A stretch of 64,000 nt of DNA from Patescibacteria group bacterium (GTDB lineage: Bacteria > Patescibacteriota > Patescibacteriia > UBA2591 > JABMQE01). Under the pieces are notes generated by a model. It had not been told where the DNA came from, made no database searches, and saw only the letters and a list, made by a program, of their open reading frames with translations. The stretch covers positions 997 to 64,996 of the forward strand of contig JAHIMF010000005.1 in the NCBI GenBank assembly GCA_018896645.1, written 5' to 3'. Shown here piece by piece: positions 19,180 to 29,368 of this stretch (its first letter is position 1; every line of letters begins with the position of its first letter). A program made the position numbers and the translations under genes.

Positions 19180-20460
19180 ATGACCTACGACATCATCAAT
19201 AAAACCAACCAAGAACTTGAAGTTAAAGTTACTGTTCCAGTAGTAGAGCTTCAAGAAGCTACTAAAAAAACAGCTAACAAACTCTCAAAAGAGATCAAAA
19301 TTGACGGCTTTCGGCCGGGTAAAGCGCCGTACGAGGTTGTCAAAAAGTATGTGGGTGAGATGAAAATTTTTGAAGAAACAGCTAGTGAATTAGTGGCTAA
19401 ATATCTTAACGAAATCATTATTAAAGAAAACTTGGATATCATGGGCCAGCCAAAAGTTGATTTAGAAAAACTAGCGCCCGGAAACGAGTTTAGCTTTAAG
19501 GCGGTTTTTACATTACTGCCAACCGTAACCTTGCCTGACTTCTCTAAGATTAAAATTGAGAAACATGAAGTAAAAGTTAACGAGGAAGATATTAATAAAT
19601 CTTTGGAAGAACTAAGAAAGACGCGGGCTAAAGAAGTCCTAGAAAAACGACCAGCCCAAAAAGGTGATAAATTAGAAGTTGATTATGAGGTATATGTTGA
19701 CGGCAAATTGATTAAGGGCGGCAAAGCAGAAAAACAGAGCGTGATACTTGGTGAGGGCCTAATGATCCCTGGGTTTGAAGATAAACTGATTGGCGCAACC
19801 GCTGACCAAGACAAAGAATTTGAATTAACTTTTCCTAAAAATTATGTTCCTGAACTGGCCGGCAAAAAGGCGAGGTTCAAAGTCAAGGTGCGGGGCGTAT
19901 ATAAACAAGAGTTACCCCATCTTGACGATGATTTTGCTAAAAGCTTAGGAAAAAATTCAATCATTGATTTAAAAAAACAAATGCAAGAAAATCTTTATTT
20001 GGAAGTCGAGCAAAAAGAAAACGAACGCCAAGAATTAGAAATGTTGGATAAAATTGTTCAAGCGGCATCAATTACCTTTATTCCGGAATCATTAGTAAAA
20101 AATGAGCAAGAACAAATGTTAAAAGAAACGAAATTTCAAATAGAACATGGCGGAGGCAAGTTTGAAGATTATCTTTCACACCTCAAAAAAACCGAAGAAG
20201 AAGTAAAAAATGGTTTCGAGAAAGAGGCAGAGAAAAAAGTAAAATTAAATCTGTTGTTTCGTAAATTGATTATTGATAATAAGATTAAAGTTGATGAAAA
20301 AAGAGTTGATGAGGAGGTTGAACGGCAAGCCAAAGCTTATGCTTCTATGCCGGAGATGGTGGAGAAAATGAAGAGTGATAATTATTGGGTTTATTTAAGG
20401 GAAATGATGTTGAATCGGAAGGTGATTGAATGGTTGAATAACACGATAGTCCGCGATTGA
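19180..20460 (+). CDS. tig: Trigger factor
   Basis: IDGFRPGKAP signature and FKBP domain MIPGFEDKLIG...FP.NY...LAGK. Confidence 0.95.
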   Translation: MTYDIINKTNQELEVKVTVPVVELQEATKKTANKLSKEIKIDGFRPGKAPYEVVKKYVGEMKIFEETASELVAKYLNEIIIKENLDIMGQPKVDLEKLAPGNEFSFKAVFTLLPTVTLPDFSKIKIEKHEVKVNEEDINKSLEELRKTRAKEVLEKRPAQKGDKLEVDYEVYVDGKLIKGGKAEKQSVILGEGLMIPGFEDKLIGATADQDKEFELTFPKNYVPELAGKKARFKVKVRGVYKQELPHLDDDFAKSLGKNSIIDLKKQMQENLYLEVEQKENERQELEMLDKIVQAASITFIPESLVKNEQEQMLKETKFQIEHGGGKFEDYLSHLKKTEEEVKNGFEKEAEKKVKLNLLFRKLIIDNKIKVDEKRVDEEVERQAKAYASMPEMVEKMKSDNYWVYLREMMLNRKVIEWLNNTIVRD

Positions 20461-20605
20461 CATTTCCTCTAAACCTGATAATCTAAAAAGAGTTATAAGC
20501 TAGACTGGTTATTAGTTATAAGTTATATTTTTTCACTATCTGTGTTTTTATATTTTTAAGTTTGTGTTTTTTATTTTTTATATTTCATTTTTTATTTTGT
20601 AAAAC

Positions 20606-21613
20606 GTGTTCATAAAAAAAATCGGAATTGACTTAGGCACTGCCAATACCCTAGTTTTTCTCCCAAAACGAGGCATTGTTGTTAATGAACCCAGTGTGGT
20701 GGCTATTTCTAAAATAGACAAAAAGGTTTTAGCGGTCGGGAGTGAGGCCAAGGAAATGCTTGGCCGGACACCGGACACCATTATTGCCTTAAAGCCCTTG
20801 AAAGATGGCGTGATTGCTGATTATAAAACTACCGAAGCCATGCTACGTTATTTTATTGGCAAGGCGATTGGCGGTTTTCGTTTATTCCGGCCAGAGGTTA
20901 TGGTTTCGGTACCCGCCGGGATTACTTCAACAGAGAAACGAGCAGTTATTGACGCTACTATGACCGCAGGCGCTAAAGCGGCCTATATTATTAAAGAACC
21001 CATTGCCGCAGCTATTGGCGCCAATATCCCGATTGGTTCCGCTTCCGGCCACATGATAATTGATATGGGCGGCGGGACCAGCGAGATGGCAGTTATTTCT
21101 TTAGGCGGTATTGTGGCATCTACTTCAGTTCGGGTAGCTGGTAATAAGTTTGATATAGCAATCTCTAATTATATTAGAAAAAAGTATAATTTGGCAATTG
21201 GGGAGCGGACTGCTGAACGAATTAAAATTGAAATTGGTTCGGCCCTGTATTTAGAAAAAAAATTGAGCACTGATATCCGTGGTCGTGATATGATTAATGG
21301 TTTACCCAGGACCATTACGATAACCTCTGATGATGTTACTGCGGCTATCCAAGATGAATTAGAAGAGATTATCTCGGCTTTAAAATCGGTTTTGCACAAG
21401 ACCCCCCCAGAACTTTCAGCTGATGTTATGGATAAAGGCATGGTCCTGGCTGGCGGCAGCAGCATGCTTAGGAATATTGATAAATTATTTTCCCAAGCCA
21501 CTGGCGTACCGGCTTATGTTGCTGATGAGCCCCTGCTTTGCGTAGCCCGGGGTACGGGTATTGCTCTGGATAATTTAGAAAGCTATAAGAGGTCGATATT
21601 GGCAGCGAAATAG
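20606..21613 (+). CDS. mreB: Rod shape-determining protein MreB/Mbl paralogue 1 (GTG start)
   Basis: IGIDLGTAN, NEPSVVA, EPIAAAIGA, IDMGGGT, TPPELSAD. Confidence 0.93.
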   Translation: MFIKKIGIDLGTANTLVFLPKRGIVVNEPSVVAISKIDKKVLAVGSEAKEMLGRTPDTIIALKPLKDGVIADYKTTEAMLRYFIGKAIGGFRLFRPEVMVSVPAGITSTEKRAVIDATMTAGAKAAYIIKEPIAAAIGANIPIGSASGHMIIDMGGGTSEMAVISLGGIVASTSVRVAGNKFDIAISNYIRKKYNLAIGERTAERIKIEIGSALYLEKKLSTDIRGRDMINGLPRTITITSDDVTAAIQDELEEIISALKSVLHKTPPELSADVMDKGMVLAGGSSMLRNIDKLFSQATGVPAYVADEPLLCVARGTGIALDNLESYKRSILAAK

Positions 21614-21655
21614 ATTTCTTTTGCTTATCTTTTTTAATTATGTTAAAATTAAAAC

Positions 21656-22660
21656 ATGAAAGATGTAGATTTCAACTGGAGCATCATTGGCCATAAACGT
21701 ATTTTAAATTTCCTGGAAAAAAGCATTAAATTTCAAAATTTAAGCCATGCCTATTTGTTTTATGGAACCGGCGGACTGGGTAAGCATTCTTTGGCGACTA
21801 AATTTATCCAGATTTTACAATGTGAAAATGATAAAAAATTACCTTGCGGCCAATGCTCAATGTGTCAGCAAGTACAAAAGGGTATTCATCCGGATGTTTA
21901 TTTTCTTAAGAAAGAAGAGGATAAAAAAAATATCAGTATTGAGCAGGTTAGGGTCCTTCAGAGAAAATTAAGTATGCGCTCTTTTGCTGGCTCTTTTAAA
22001 ATCGCCTTAATTAATGAGGCGGAAGTTCTATCAAGAGAGGCTTGGGACAGCTTGCTCAAAACTTTAGAGGAACCAACCCCGAGGACAATTATTATTTTGA
22101 TCACTAACAGTATTAATGTCCTGCCGAAAACAATCCTTTCCCGCAGTCAACTATTACGATTTTTACCAGCGCCAAGCTCCCAGATAATAGATTATTTAAC
22201 TCACAATTTAGGTATTGAGCCCGGGCAAGCAGAAATGTTAGCCCAAATAAGCCTAGGCAAGCCTGGATTAGCAATCAATTTTTTACAAAATCCTGGCCTT
22301 TTAGAAAATTATCAAAAAAGTATTAATGATTTCCTGGGTATCTTAAATAGTGATATGAATCAACGGATGACCAGTATTGACCGCCTGATTCCTGGCGATT
22401 ACAAATTTTTAAACAAAATAGAATTATTACAAAATACTTTATTTGTCTGGAAATTAGTGGTGCGCGACTTACTGTTGTTAAAGACTTCGCCCGCATCAAT
22501 CACTAATGTAAATTTAGGGGATAAGTTAAAAGACATCAGCACAAATTATTCTTCTACAAAGTTAAAAAATATATTAAAAAACATATTAAAAACCCAAGAG
22601 CTTTTAGGCCTAAATGTTAGCCCAAAATTAGCTCTTAACAATTTGGTTCTAAACATATGA
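21656..22660 (+). CDS. holB: DNA polymerase III delta-prime subunit
   Basis: HAYLFYGTGGLGK, CGQCSMC, HPDV, LLKTLEEP, LPKTILSR. Confidence 0.9.
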   Translation: MKDVDFNWSIIGHKRILNFLEKSIKFQNLSHAYLFYGTGGLGKHSLATKFIQILQCENDKKLPCGQCSMCQQVQKGIHPDVYFLKKEEDKKNISIEQVRVLQRKLSMRSFAGSFKIALINEAEVLSREAWDSLLKTLEEPTPRTIIILITNSINVLPKTILSRSQLLRFLPAPSSQIIDYLTHNLGIEPGQAEMLAQISLGKPGLAINFLQNPGLLENYQKSINDFLGILNSDMNQRMTSIDRLIPGDYKFLNKIELLQNTLFVWKLVVRDLLLLKTSPASITNVNLGDKLKDISTNYSSTKLKNILKNILKTQELLGLNVSPKLALNNLVLNI

Positions 22661-23706
22661 AAAAAGTTTTGCCTTTTGCGTTAGTTATATTGGCACTGCT
22701 AATAACTTCCGCCTGCACTTTAGGCGGAAAAAAACCACCCCCCTCATATCCTGGCGGTGTCTTTAAAACCTTTGATGCCGCTCTTACCTGGGACCATAAA
22801 GTCATGGTTAGCCAAATAGGCGCGGCTCAACAAACAATCAATGACGTTAACGTGAGAAAATTATCATTTTTTCCGAAAACCACTAAAAGTTTGTATCTTT
22901 TGCCGGAAGGAGAAGGGTTTTATGTTAGCTATAACAATGGAGAAACCTGGATTCCGCAGTTAATGGATAAGGGTGTTATAAATGATTTAGATATTGACCC
23001 GCAAAACAGGGGTTACATTTTCGTTGTGGTCAATGATATCGTTTATCGGCTCGAGCAGTGTTGTGATGAGTGGTCAAAGGTTTATTTGGAAACACGGGGT
23101 AATATTTTAACCAGTATTGCTATTAATCCTAAAAATCCCCAAGAAGTTTATTTTACAACCTCCAAGGGGGAGTTATTCAAAAGCAATAATCATGGCGACT
23201 CTTGGACAGTTATTAAACGTCTAGAAATCTTTATCCAGGAATTAATCATCAATCCCCAAGATCAGAATATAATGTATATTATTGCGAACCAGGGTATATA
23301 CAAAAGTAAAGATAAAGGTATAACCTGGAATAAGATTGACAGCCTAAGCCAGTACCCGGGAACAGGGGAATTGTATCATTTTGTATTTAATCCTAATAAA
23401 TGGGATTCCTTTTTCTATGTTTCTAAATATGGTATCCTGAAAACTGATGATGGAGGAGAAACTTGGCACGATATTAGCTTGTTGACTCCACCAGGCGCGG
23501 TGAGAATTCACGCTTTTACATTTAACCCAAAGAATTTGGAAGAAATGATATATGCTACTGCCAATACGTTATACAAAACAGCAGACGGAGGCGAAAAGTG
23601 GGAAACAAAATCATTACCCACAAAGAGCCCGCCAACCTTTCTTTTGACCGATCCCGAGCACTCCAATGTTATTTATCTAGGGACAAAGACTGCATCGGTT
23701 CAATAA
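22657..23706 (+). CDS. Lipoprotein with BNR/Asp-box beta-propeller
   Basis: Lipobox-like TSAC and repeated (S/T).(D/N).G..W Asp-boxes. Confidence 0.8.
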   Translation: MKKVLPFALVILALLITSACTLGGKKPPPSYPGGVFKTFDAALTWDHKVMVSQIGAAQQTINDVNVRKLSFFPKTTKSLYLLPEGEGFYVSYNNGETWIPQLMDKGVINDLDIDPQNRGYIFVVVNDIVYRLEQCCDEWSKVYLETRGNILTSIAINPKNPQEVYFTTSKGELFKSNNHGDSWTVIKRLEIFIQELIINPQDQNIMYIIANQGIYKSKDKGITWNKIDSLSQYPGTGELYHFVFNPNKWDSFFYVSKYGILKTDDGGETWHDISLLTPPGAVRIHAFTFNPKNLEEMIYATANTLYKTADGGEKWETKSLPTKSPPTFLLTDPEHSNVIYLGTKTASVQ

Positions 23707-23814
23707 AGATACTTAAAAGGGATAAGAAGGCTTGATGGGGCGGACATGGCTATCAGGCAAGAGGGCTATAAGGCGATACCGCCTTCTTATGCCTTCTTAT
23801 TTCCCTAAATTTTT

Positions 23815-24210
23815 ATGAAAAACAAAAGATTACAAAGTCATAAAAAAATGATTGTATGGCAAAGTATTGATCAACTTGACTTTATTGTGCAGAAAATTTT
23901 AAAAAGAATACCTCGGCATGAATTTAAAATGAAAAGTCAGATCGATAACGCGTCGGATTCTATGGGTTCTAATTTTGTAGAAGGTTATTATAGTGGCTCA
24001 TTGGGTGAGTACATGAGATTCCTTAGATATAGCAAAAGGTCAAACGCAGAGCTTCAAGAAAGAGTAAGACGAGTTTTACGAAAGGGTCATATAGATAAAA
24101 ATCTATACGATGAATTTGAAGACAGAGCTATTAAAACCATGTATTTACTTGACCGTTTAATTCAGTCATTAGAAAATAAGCAAAATGATGAAAAGAACAA
24201 ACCTTCTTAA
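23815..24210 (+). CDS. Four-helix-bundle protein (23S rRNA IVP / bAvd-like family)
   Basis: L/MIVWQ, P.HE.....QI..AS.S...N..EGY, Y.RFL.YS..S.AE pattern. Confidence 0.85.
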   Translation: MKNKRLQSHKKMIVWQSIDQLDFIVQKILKRIPRHEFKMKSQIDNASDSMGSNFVEGYYSGSLGEYMRFLRYSKRSNAELQERVRRVLRKGHIDKNLYDEFEDRAIKTMYLLDRLIQSLENKQNDEKNKPS

Positions 24211-24369
24211 TCTTCTTGCCCCATAGCCTTACCCGCCTCCTTATGCCTTCTTATCCCTTATAAAATTATTAGAAAATAAGCAAAATGATGAAAAGAACAA
24301 ACCTTCTTAATCTTCTTGCCCCATAGCCTTACCCGCCTCCTTATGCCTTCTTATCCCTTATAAAATTAT
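24168..24369. repeat. Exact 100-bp tandem duplication
   Basis: 24168-24267 is identical to 24268-24367. Confidence 0.95.
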
Positions 24370-24924
24370 ATGAACCAAATTATAAATAAATCCAAACAAG
24401 AATTTGAATCCGCGATTAGCCACCTAACCCAAGAGGTGAATGGTTTGCGTATTGGCCGAGCAGCTCCATCAATGGTGGAGAACCTTATAATAGAAGTTTA
24501 TGAGTCAAAAATGCCCTTGGTTCAGTTGGCCAGCATTAATTCCACGGGGCCCAGTGAGTTAGCGGTCCAGCCTTGGGATAAGACTAACCTCAAACCCATA
24601 GAAAAAGCTTTAACCCAAAGTGATTTGGGATTTAGCGTGGTTATTCAAGAAAATATTATCCGTCTGACTTTACCGCAACTCACAGAAGAGCGGCGCAAAG
24701 AAATTATCAAGGTTTTGCACGAGAAATTAGAACGAGCAAGAATCACTATCCGGGGCATTCGCGACAAAACTAGGGAGGAAATTGTCGCTATAGAAAAAAA
24801 CAAAGAAATTGGCGAGGATGACAAATACCGGCTCCAGGAAGAGCTTAATGAGGTTACTCGGGGATATGTGGATAAAATTGGGGAGTTAGGGAAGAAGAAG
24901 GAGGTAGAGATTATGACTGTGTGA
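24370..24924 (+). CDS. frr: Ribosome recycling factor
   Basis: LRIGRAAP, PL.QLASI, QPWDK, PQLTEERRKE, KEVEIMTV. Confidence 0.96.
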   Translation: MNQIINKSKQEFESAISHLTQEVNGLRIGRAAPSMVENLIIEVYESKMPLVQLASINSTGPSELAVQPWDKTNLKPIEKALTQSDLGFSVVIQENIIRLTLPQLTEERRKEIIKVLHEKLERARITIRGIRDKTREEIVAIEKNKEIGEDDKYRLQEELNEVTRGYVDKIGELGKKKEVEIMTV

Positions 24925-25079
24925 AATCTTGAGATTGTAATTTCTAAAAACATAACCTGAATCGACTTGCAATAATTCCATTGCTCAATTGCTCCATTGT
25001 TCAATTGTTTTGTTATAACAATCGAGCAATTGAACAATGAAGCAATGAAAGTGTTTTATAGTTAAATTCCACTCGTAAA

Positions 25080-26354
25080 ATGTTAGTAACCATCATCACC
25101 TTCCTAATAATCTTAGGCCTCCTGGTCCTAGTCCACGAGCTAGGGCATTTTTTTGTGGCTCGGCGTTTTGGAGTTAAGTGTGATGAATTTGGTTTAGGGT
25201 TCCCGCCGCGAATGATTGGCTTTGTCAAAGACCCTGAGCGACCTCTCGGCCCTGAGCTTGAGGCCGAAGGGGCGAAGCGAGCCGAAGGGTCAGGAGTGTT
25301 GGGTTTTTTCAAACAATGGAAAATAGTCAAGCGTAAAAATAAAGATGCCCGTGGCAATGAAAAAGAATATAAAAATACAATCTATTCTTTAAACTGGATT
25401 CCTCTCGGTGGTTTTGTCAAAATAAAAGGCGAGCAAGGCGAGGAGGCCAAGGACGAGGATAGCTTTGCTCATCAAAAACTTTGGAAACGCGCTATAATAC
25501 TATCCAGCGGGGTTACGATGAATTTTATATTCGCTACTCTTTTATTATCTATTGGTTTTATTATTGGCATTCCCCAAGTTATAGATGAAATAACTCCAAA
25601 ATATGCGAGCGTCAAAGACGAAAAAATTCAACTTCTTTCCATCCAAAAAGATTCTCCGGCCAAGCAGGTTGGTCTTGAAGTTGGTGATATTGTTGTAAGT
25701 ATTGATAACCAAAAATTTAAAGAAATTGAAGATGTCCAAAAATATATTCAAGAAGATGATGATGGGGAGATTATCGTTACGGTTAAACGAGCTGGTGAGG
25801 AAATAGAACAAACAGTTACCTCTGAGGTAATGGAAATTGAGGGCGGACAAAGCAAAAAAGCCATTGGAGTAGTGCTGGCCAAGACCGGCACAGTCTCTTA
25901 TCCATTTTTTCAAGCTATCTGGCAGGGCATTATTACCACGCTTTATTTAATGAAGTTAATTGTGCTGTCATTTTATCATTTATTTAAAGATCTGATTGTG
26001 ATGCATAAGGTAACCATTGATATCGCGGGGCCTGTTGGTATTGCCGTGGTTACGGGGCAAGTTGTTAGACTTGGATTTATTTATATTTTACAATTCGCGG
26101 CTTTACTCTCTATAAATTTGGGCATTATTAATTTTTTCCCTTTCCCGGCTCTGGATGGCGGTCGGGTGGTCGCCTTGGGCATAGAAGCTGTCAGGCGTAA
26201 ACCCAATAATCAAAGAATTGAAGCTGTGATTCATAATATTGGTTTTGGTGTTTTAATGGTTTTAGTGGTTTTGGTGACTTACCGGGATGTAGTGCGATTT
26301 GGCGGTAAGCTTATGGGGAAAATTTTTGGATATTTTGATGATGTTGTTTCTTAA
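25080..26354 (+). CDS. rseP: RIP metalloprotease RseP
   Basis: HELGH, FGLGF, IPLGGFVKI, PDZ domain, NFFPFPALDGG. Confidence 0.95.
   Translation: MLVTIITFLIILGLLVLVHELGHFFVARRFGVKCDEFGLGFPPRMIGFVKDPERPLGPELEAEGAKRAEGSGVLGFFKQWKIVKRKNKDARGNEKEYKNTIYSLNWIPLGGFVKIKGEQGEEAKDEDSFAHQKLWKRAIILSSGVTMNFIFATLLLSIGFIIGIPQVIDEITPKYASVKDEKIQLLSIQKDSPAKQVGLEVGDIVVSIDNQKFKEIEDVQKYIQEDDDGEIIVTVKRAGEEIEQTVTSEVMEIEGGQSKKAIGVVLAKTGTVSYPFFQAIWQGIITTLYLMKLIVLSFYHLFKDLIVMHKVTIDIAGPVGIAVVTGQVVRLGFIYILQFAALLSINLGIINFFPFPALDGGRVVALGIEAVRRKPNNQRIEAVIHNIGFGVLMVLVVLVTYRDVVRFGGKLMGKIFGYFDDVVS
25230..25291. repeat. Nested CCCTGAG...CGAAGGG palindromic elements in rseP
   Basis: gaccctga-GCGA-[cctctcggccctgagcttgaggccgaaggg]-GCGA-agcgagccgaagggtc. 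Confidence 0.75.
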
Positions 26355-26369
26355 ACATTTTTAGTCATT

Positions 26370-26729
26370 ATGATAATTAGAATTGCAGACCCAACCCAAA
26401 ATTCTTACAACCTCCTCCGCCAATGCGGATACGCAGTTTTTCGAGATCCTAACACTGGCAAAACTTCATATACTAAAAGGCTGGACCGGGATTATTATCC
26501 ACGATTTCATATTTATATGAATAAGGAAAGTGAGGGCGAGTTAGAATTAAATCTTCATCTTGATCAAAAACATGCCTCCTACAAAGGTCAGACTGCGCAT
26601 AGCGGTGAGTATGACGGGGACTTGGTGGAGCGGGAGGCGGAGCGGATAGAATCATTGGTAAATCAGGTTATTCACGAAACGGCGGAAAAGCCCAAGAAAG
26701 GATTTTTTACAAAATTGTTTGGTAAATAG
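26370..26729 (+). CDS. Hypothetical protein
   Basis: Co-oriented 119-aa ORF with YPRFHIY, LHLDQK..SY, HSGEYDG motifs; function not recognised. Confidence 0.8.
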   Translation: MIIRIADPTQNSYNLLRQCGYAVFRDPNTGKTSYTKRLDRDYYPRFHIYMNKESEGELELNLHLDQKHASYKGQTAHSGEYDGDLVEREAERIESLVNQVIHETAEKPKKGFFTKLFGK

Positions 26730-26922
26730 TCAATAGCAACTGGTTACTAGCCACTAGGGGTTTTAAACCCTATGACTGTTTTATTGAACCAGTTTTTTTA
26801 TTTCCAAAAACTTCGAAAAATTAACCCTAGTTGCTAGTGACGAGCGACCAGTAAAGCGACGCCATTTGCCAAAAAATCAAAAATAAAGTAAGATACAATT
26901 AGTAATTCTTAAAATCAAAACA

Positions 26923-28140
26923 ATGCTTCAATCTCAATTATTCTACAAAACAACCAAAGAACCACCCAAAGATGCAGAAATTGCCAGCCATAAATTTTTA
27001 GTTCAAGCGGGATTTATTGACCAAGTAGCCGCCGGGATTTATTCGCTTTTGCCCCTAGCCTTTCGCGTTTATAAAAAGATTGAGAATATAATCAGAGAAG
27101 AGATGAATAAAGCCGAAGGCCAGGAAATCAGCATGCCCACCTTACAACCAAAGACCTTGTGGCAAGAAACTGGCCGCTGGGAGACTATTGACCCGCCTCT
27201 TTTTATAATCCAAGACCGTCACAAAAAGGAGCTTTGCCTCGGCCCCACGCACGAAGAAGTTATCACCAAACTTGTCCGCGAACGCGTTAATTCATATAAG
27301 GATTTACCTCTTTATCTTTATCAAATCCAAAACAAATTCCGCAATGAAATGCGTTCCACGGGCGGTCTCCTGCGGGTCCGGGAATTTATGATGAAAGATT
27401 TGTACAGTTTTCATGCTGATGAAAAAGATTTGGACAAATATTATAAAGTTATGCTTCAGTCCTATAAAAATGTGTATCAACGGTGTGGCGTTGAAGCTGT
27501 GGCTGTTGAAGCTTCTTCCGGCTCTATTGGCGGTGAAGAATCCCAGGAATTTATGGTTTTAGCCAAAGACGGAGAAGATAGTATCAAACTTTGTCCTAAA
27601 TGCGGTTATGCCGGCAATGTTGAGGTTGTTAAAGCTGAAGTCTGTCCTAAGTGTGATGCTGTATTAGATGAAAAAAAATGCATTGAAGCCGGTCATATTT
27701 TTAAGCTCGGTACTATGTACTCCAAAAAAATGGGCGCTAAGTTTATTGATAAAGACGGCAAAGAAAAACCAATTCACATGGGTTGCTATGGCATTGGCTT
27801 AGGCCGCCTCTTAGCCACAATTGTGGAAGCCAGCCACGATGAAAAGGGGATTATCTGGCCAAAAAATGTTGCTCCTTTCCGGGCGCATTTGATTGGACTG
27901 GATTTGGAAAAAGCCAAAGATATTTATAATAAACTAAAAAAACAGAACATTGATGTCCTGTTTGACGACAGAGAAGAAGTAAGCGCGGGCGAAAAATTCG
28001 TCGAAGCAGATTTGATTGGGATTCCGATAAGGTTGGTGGTTAGCAAAAAAACCGGTGAAAATGTAGAGTGGAAAGAGCGAGGCAGTAAAAAAACGAAAAT
28101 ACTTGGTGTTGATGAAGTCACATCAAAATTACAGAAATAA
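26923..28140 (+). CDS. proS: Proline--tRNA ligase (short form without the INS editing domain)
   Basis: LGPTHEE, YQIQNKFRNE, GLLRVREF.MKD.YSF, GHIFKLG, MGCYGIGLGR. Confidence 0.96.
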   Translation: MLQSQLFYKTTKEPPKDAEIASHKFLVQAGFIDQVAAGIYSLLPLAFRVYKKIENIIREEMNKAEGQEISMPTLQPKTLWQETGRWETIDPPLFIIQDRHKKELCLGPTHEEVITKLVRERVNSYKDLPLYLYQIQNKFRNEMRSTGGLLRVREFMMKDLYSFHADEKDLDKYYKVMLQSYKNVYQRCGVEAVAVEASSGSIGGEESQEFMVLAKDGEDSIKLCPKCGYAGNVEVVKAEVCPKCDAVLDEKKCIEAGHIFKLGTMYSKKMGAKFIDKDGKEKPIHMGCYGIGLGRLLATIVEASHDEKGIIWPKNVAPFRAHLIGLDLEKAKDIYNKLKKQNIDVLFDDREEVSAGEKFVEADLIGIPIRLVVSKKTGENVEWKERGSKKTKILGVDEVTSKLQK

Positions 28141-28195
28141 TTTTAATAAAAGAAAGATAAATCTGGTTGCTCTTTAATTAAATGAGAGGATAGCT

Positions 28196-28363
28196 ATGGC
28201 TAAAAGAAAAAGAAAAGATTTTTTTGCAGACCATCCGAGTTTTATGGCTCTTGTTGTCAATAAAATTAGTTCTGGAATACGATTTCTCCTGAAAATAGTT
28301 ACCCAAATTTTCAACGAGCGAAAAGATAAACTTTTCATTGGGGGTGAGAAAAATGTTGAATAA
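28196..28363 (+). CDS. Small orphan protein (55 aa)
   Basis: SD GAGGA; MAKRKRKDFFADHPSF...; hand translated. Confidence 0.4.
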   Translation: MAKRKRKDFFADHPSFMALVVNKISSGIRFLLKIVTQIFNERKDKLFIGGEKNVE

Positions 28364-28475
28364 TAGTCATGAAAAATATTTAATTCTCCCAAGCCATGTA
28401 TGTTATTTGTTCCTTTTTGTTGTCGATGCTCTTTTGTCGATTTTCAAAAAAAATGGCAAGAGGTTATTTTTCTGA
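28353..28475 (+). CDS. Small hydrophobic orphan peptide (40 aa)
   Basis: SD GGGGTGA; overlaps the previous stop; followed by a bidirectional terminator at 28490-28533. Confidence 0.3.
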   Translation: MLNNSHEKYLILPSHVCYLFLFVVDALLSIFKKNGKRLFF

Positions 28476-28550
28476 CATCAGGAGATAGAAAAAGCCCTGT
28501 CCATTGAAACATCACAAGACAGGGCTTATTTTTTGCTGAGCAAGCACACC

Positions 28551-29308
28551 TCACTTGTGCCAACTCATAGGGTGGGTTTTTGTTGTCCCTTTTGGGACGA
28601 AGAACCATTTTTCCCCCTCGCAACAAAGGACTTCCCCGGTATTAAGGATGCTAATTCCCAGAACCTTAATGTTAGTTTTTTCAAGGCTAACCCATGTTTC
28701 GTTTTCGTCTTGCTGTTTTTTACCGTCAGGTTCCCAAGAAATCAACCATCCTCCCCAAGTACCACCTGGTCCAACAGGACGATTTTTTTTAATGATCAGC
28801 GCTATCCCCTCATCAATCTGAGAAAGATAATTTCTTACTGTTGGTTGGTAATAATAAAAGTTGCCATTCACGGCAATAAAGAGATCCCGCCATAGCCCAC
28901 TATGCATAAGAAATTTCCGAATATTTTTGCTCGCATCATGTTGAGAAACATCAACTGGCAAGAGCAGCAAAGAAATTACTAAAGCCTGTTTAATGACGGA
29001 CTCTTGTTGCGAAAAATTACCTTCATTTGTCCCTTTAAGAACAAGGGATCGAAAACAGTAGCGCTTTCCCTTATCGATTGATTTCCAAGAAAGCAATAAG
29101 GGATTACGAAAAATAGTATGCTCCGGTGATAATTCCTCTTGTTTTACAGTGATTTCCTGATAGTCTGCCTCCATAACTGTGAAATTTTGGAAACCAACCA
29201 TTTCAACCGCGAGATTTTTCAGAGCGCTAGGTAGGGGAGCAGCGCGAAGTATATAACTTGGAAAAATAACTGTAAGAATAACCAACAAACAGATTGTCCG
29301 CTTCATTT
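28551..29308 (-). CDS. Secreted hypothetical protein
   Basis: SD AAGGAGG, signal peptide MKRTICLLVILTVIF; own promoter and terminator. Confidence 0.75.
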
Positions 29309-29368
29309 TGGCCTCCTTTTGAAGTGGGTAGAAAAAAAAATATGCCAATGGCAAGTTTTTTCAAAGGC

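Noticed and set aside
23815-24210. Diversity-generating retroelement (Avd-like gene)
   Set aside because: No reverse transcriptase, and no TR/VR pair with adenine-specific mismatches was seen.
24168-24369. CRISPR array or att site
   Set aside because: Only two contiguous copies with no spacer; no cas genes in the window.
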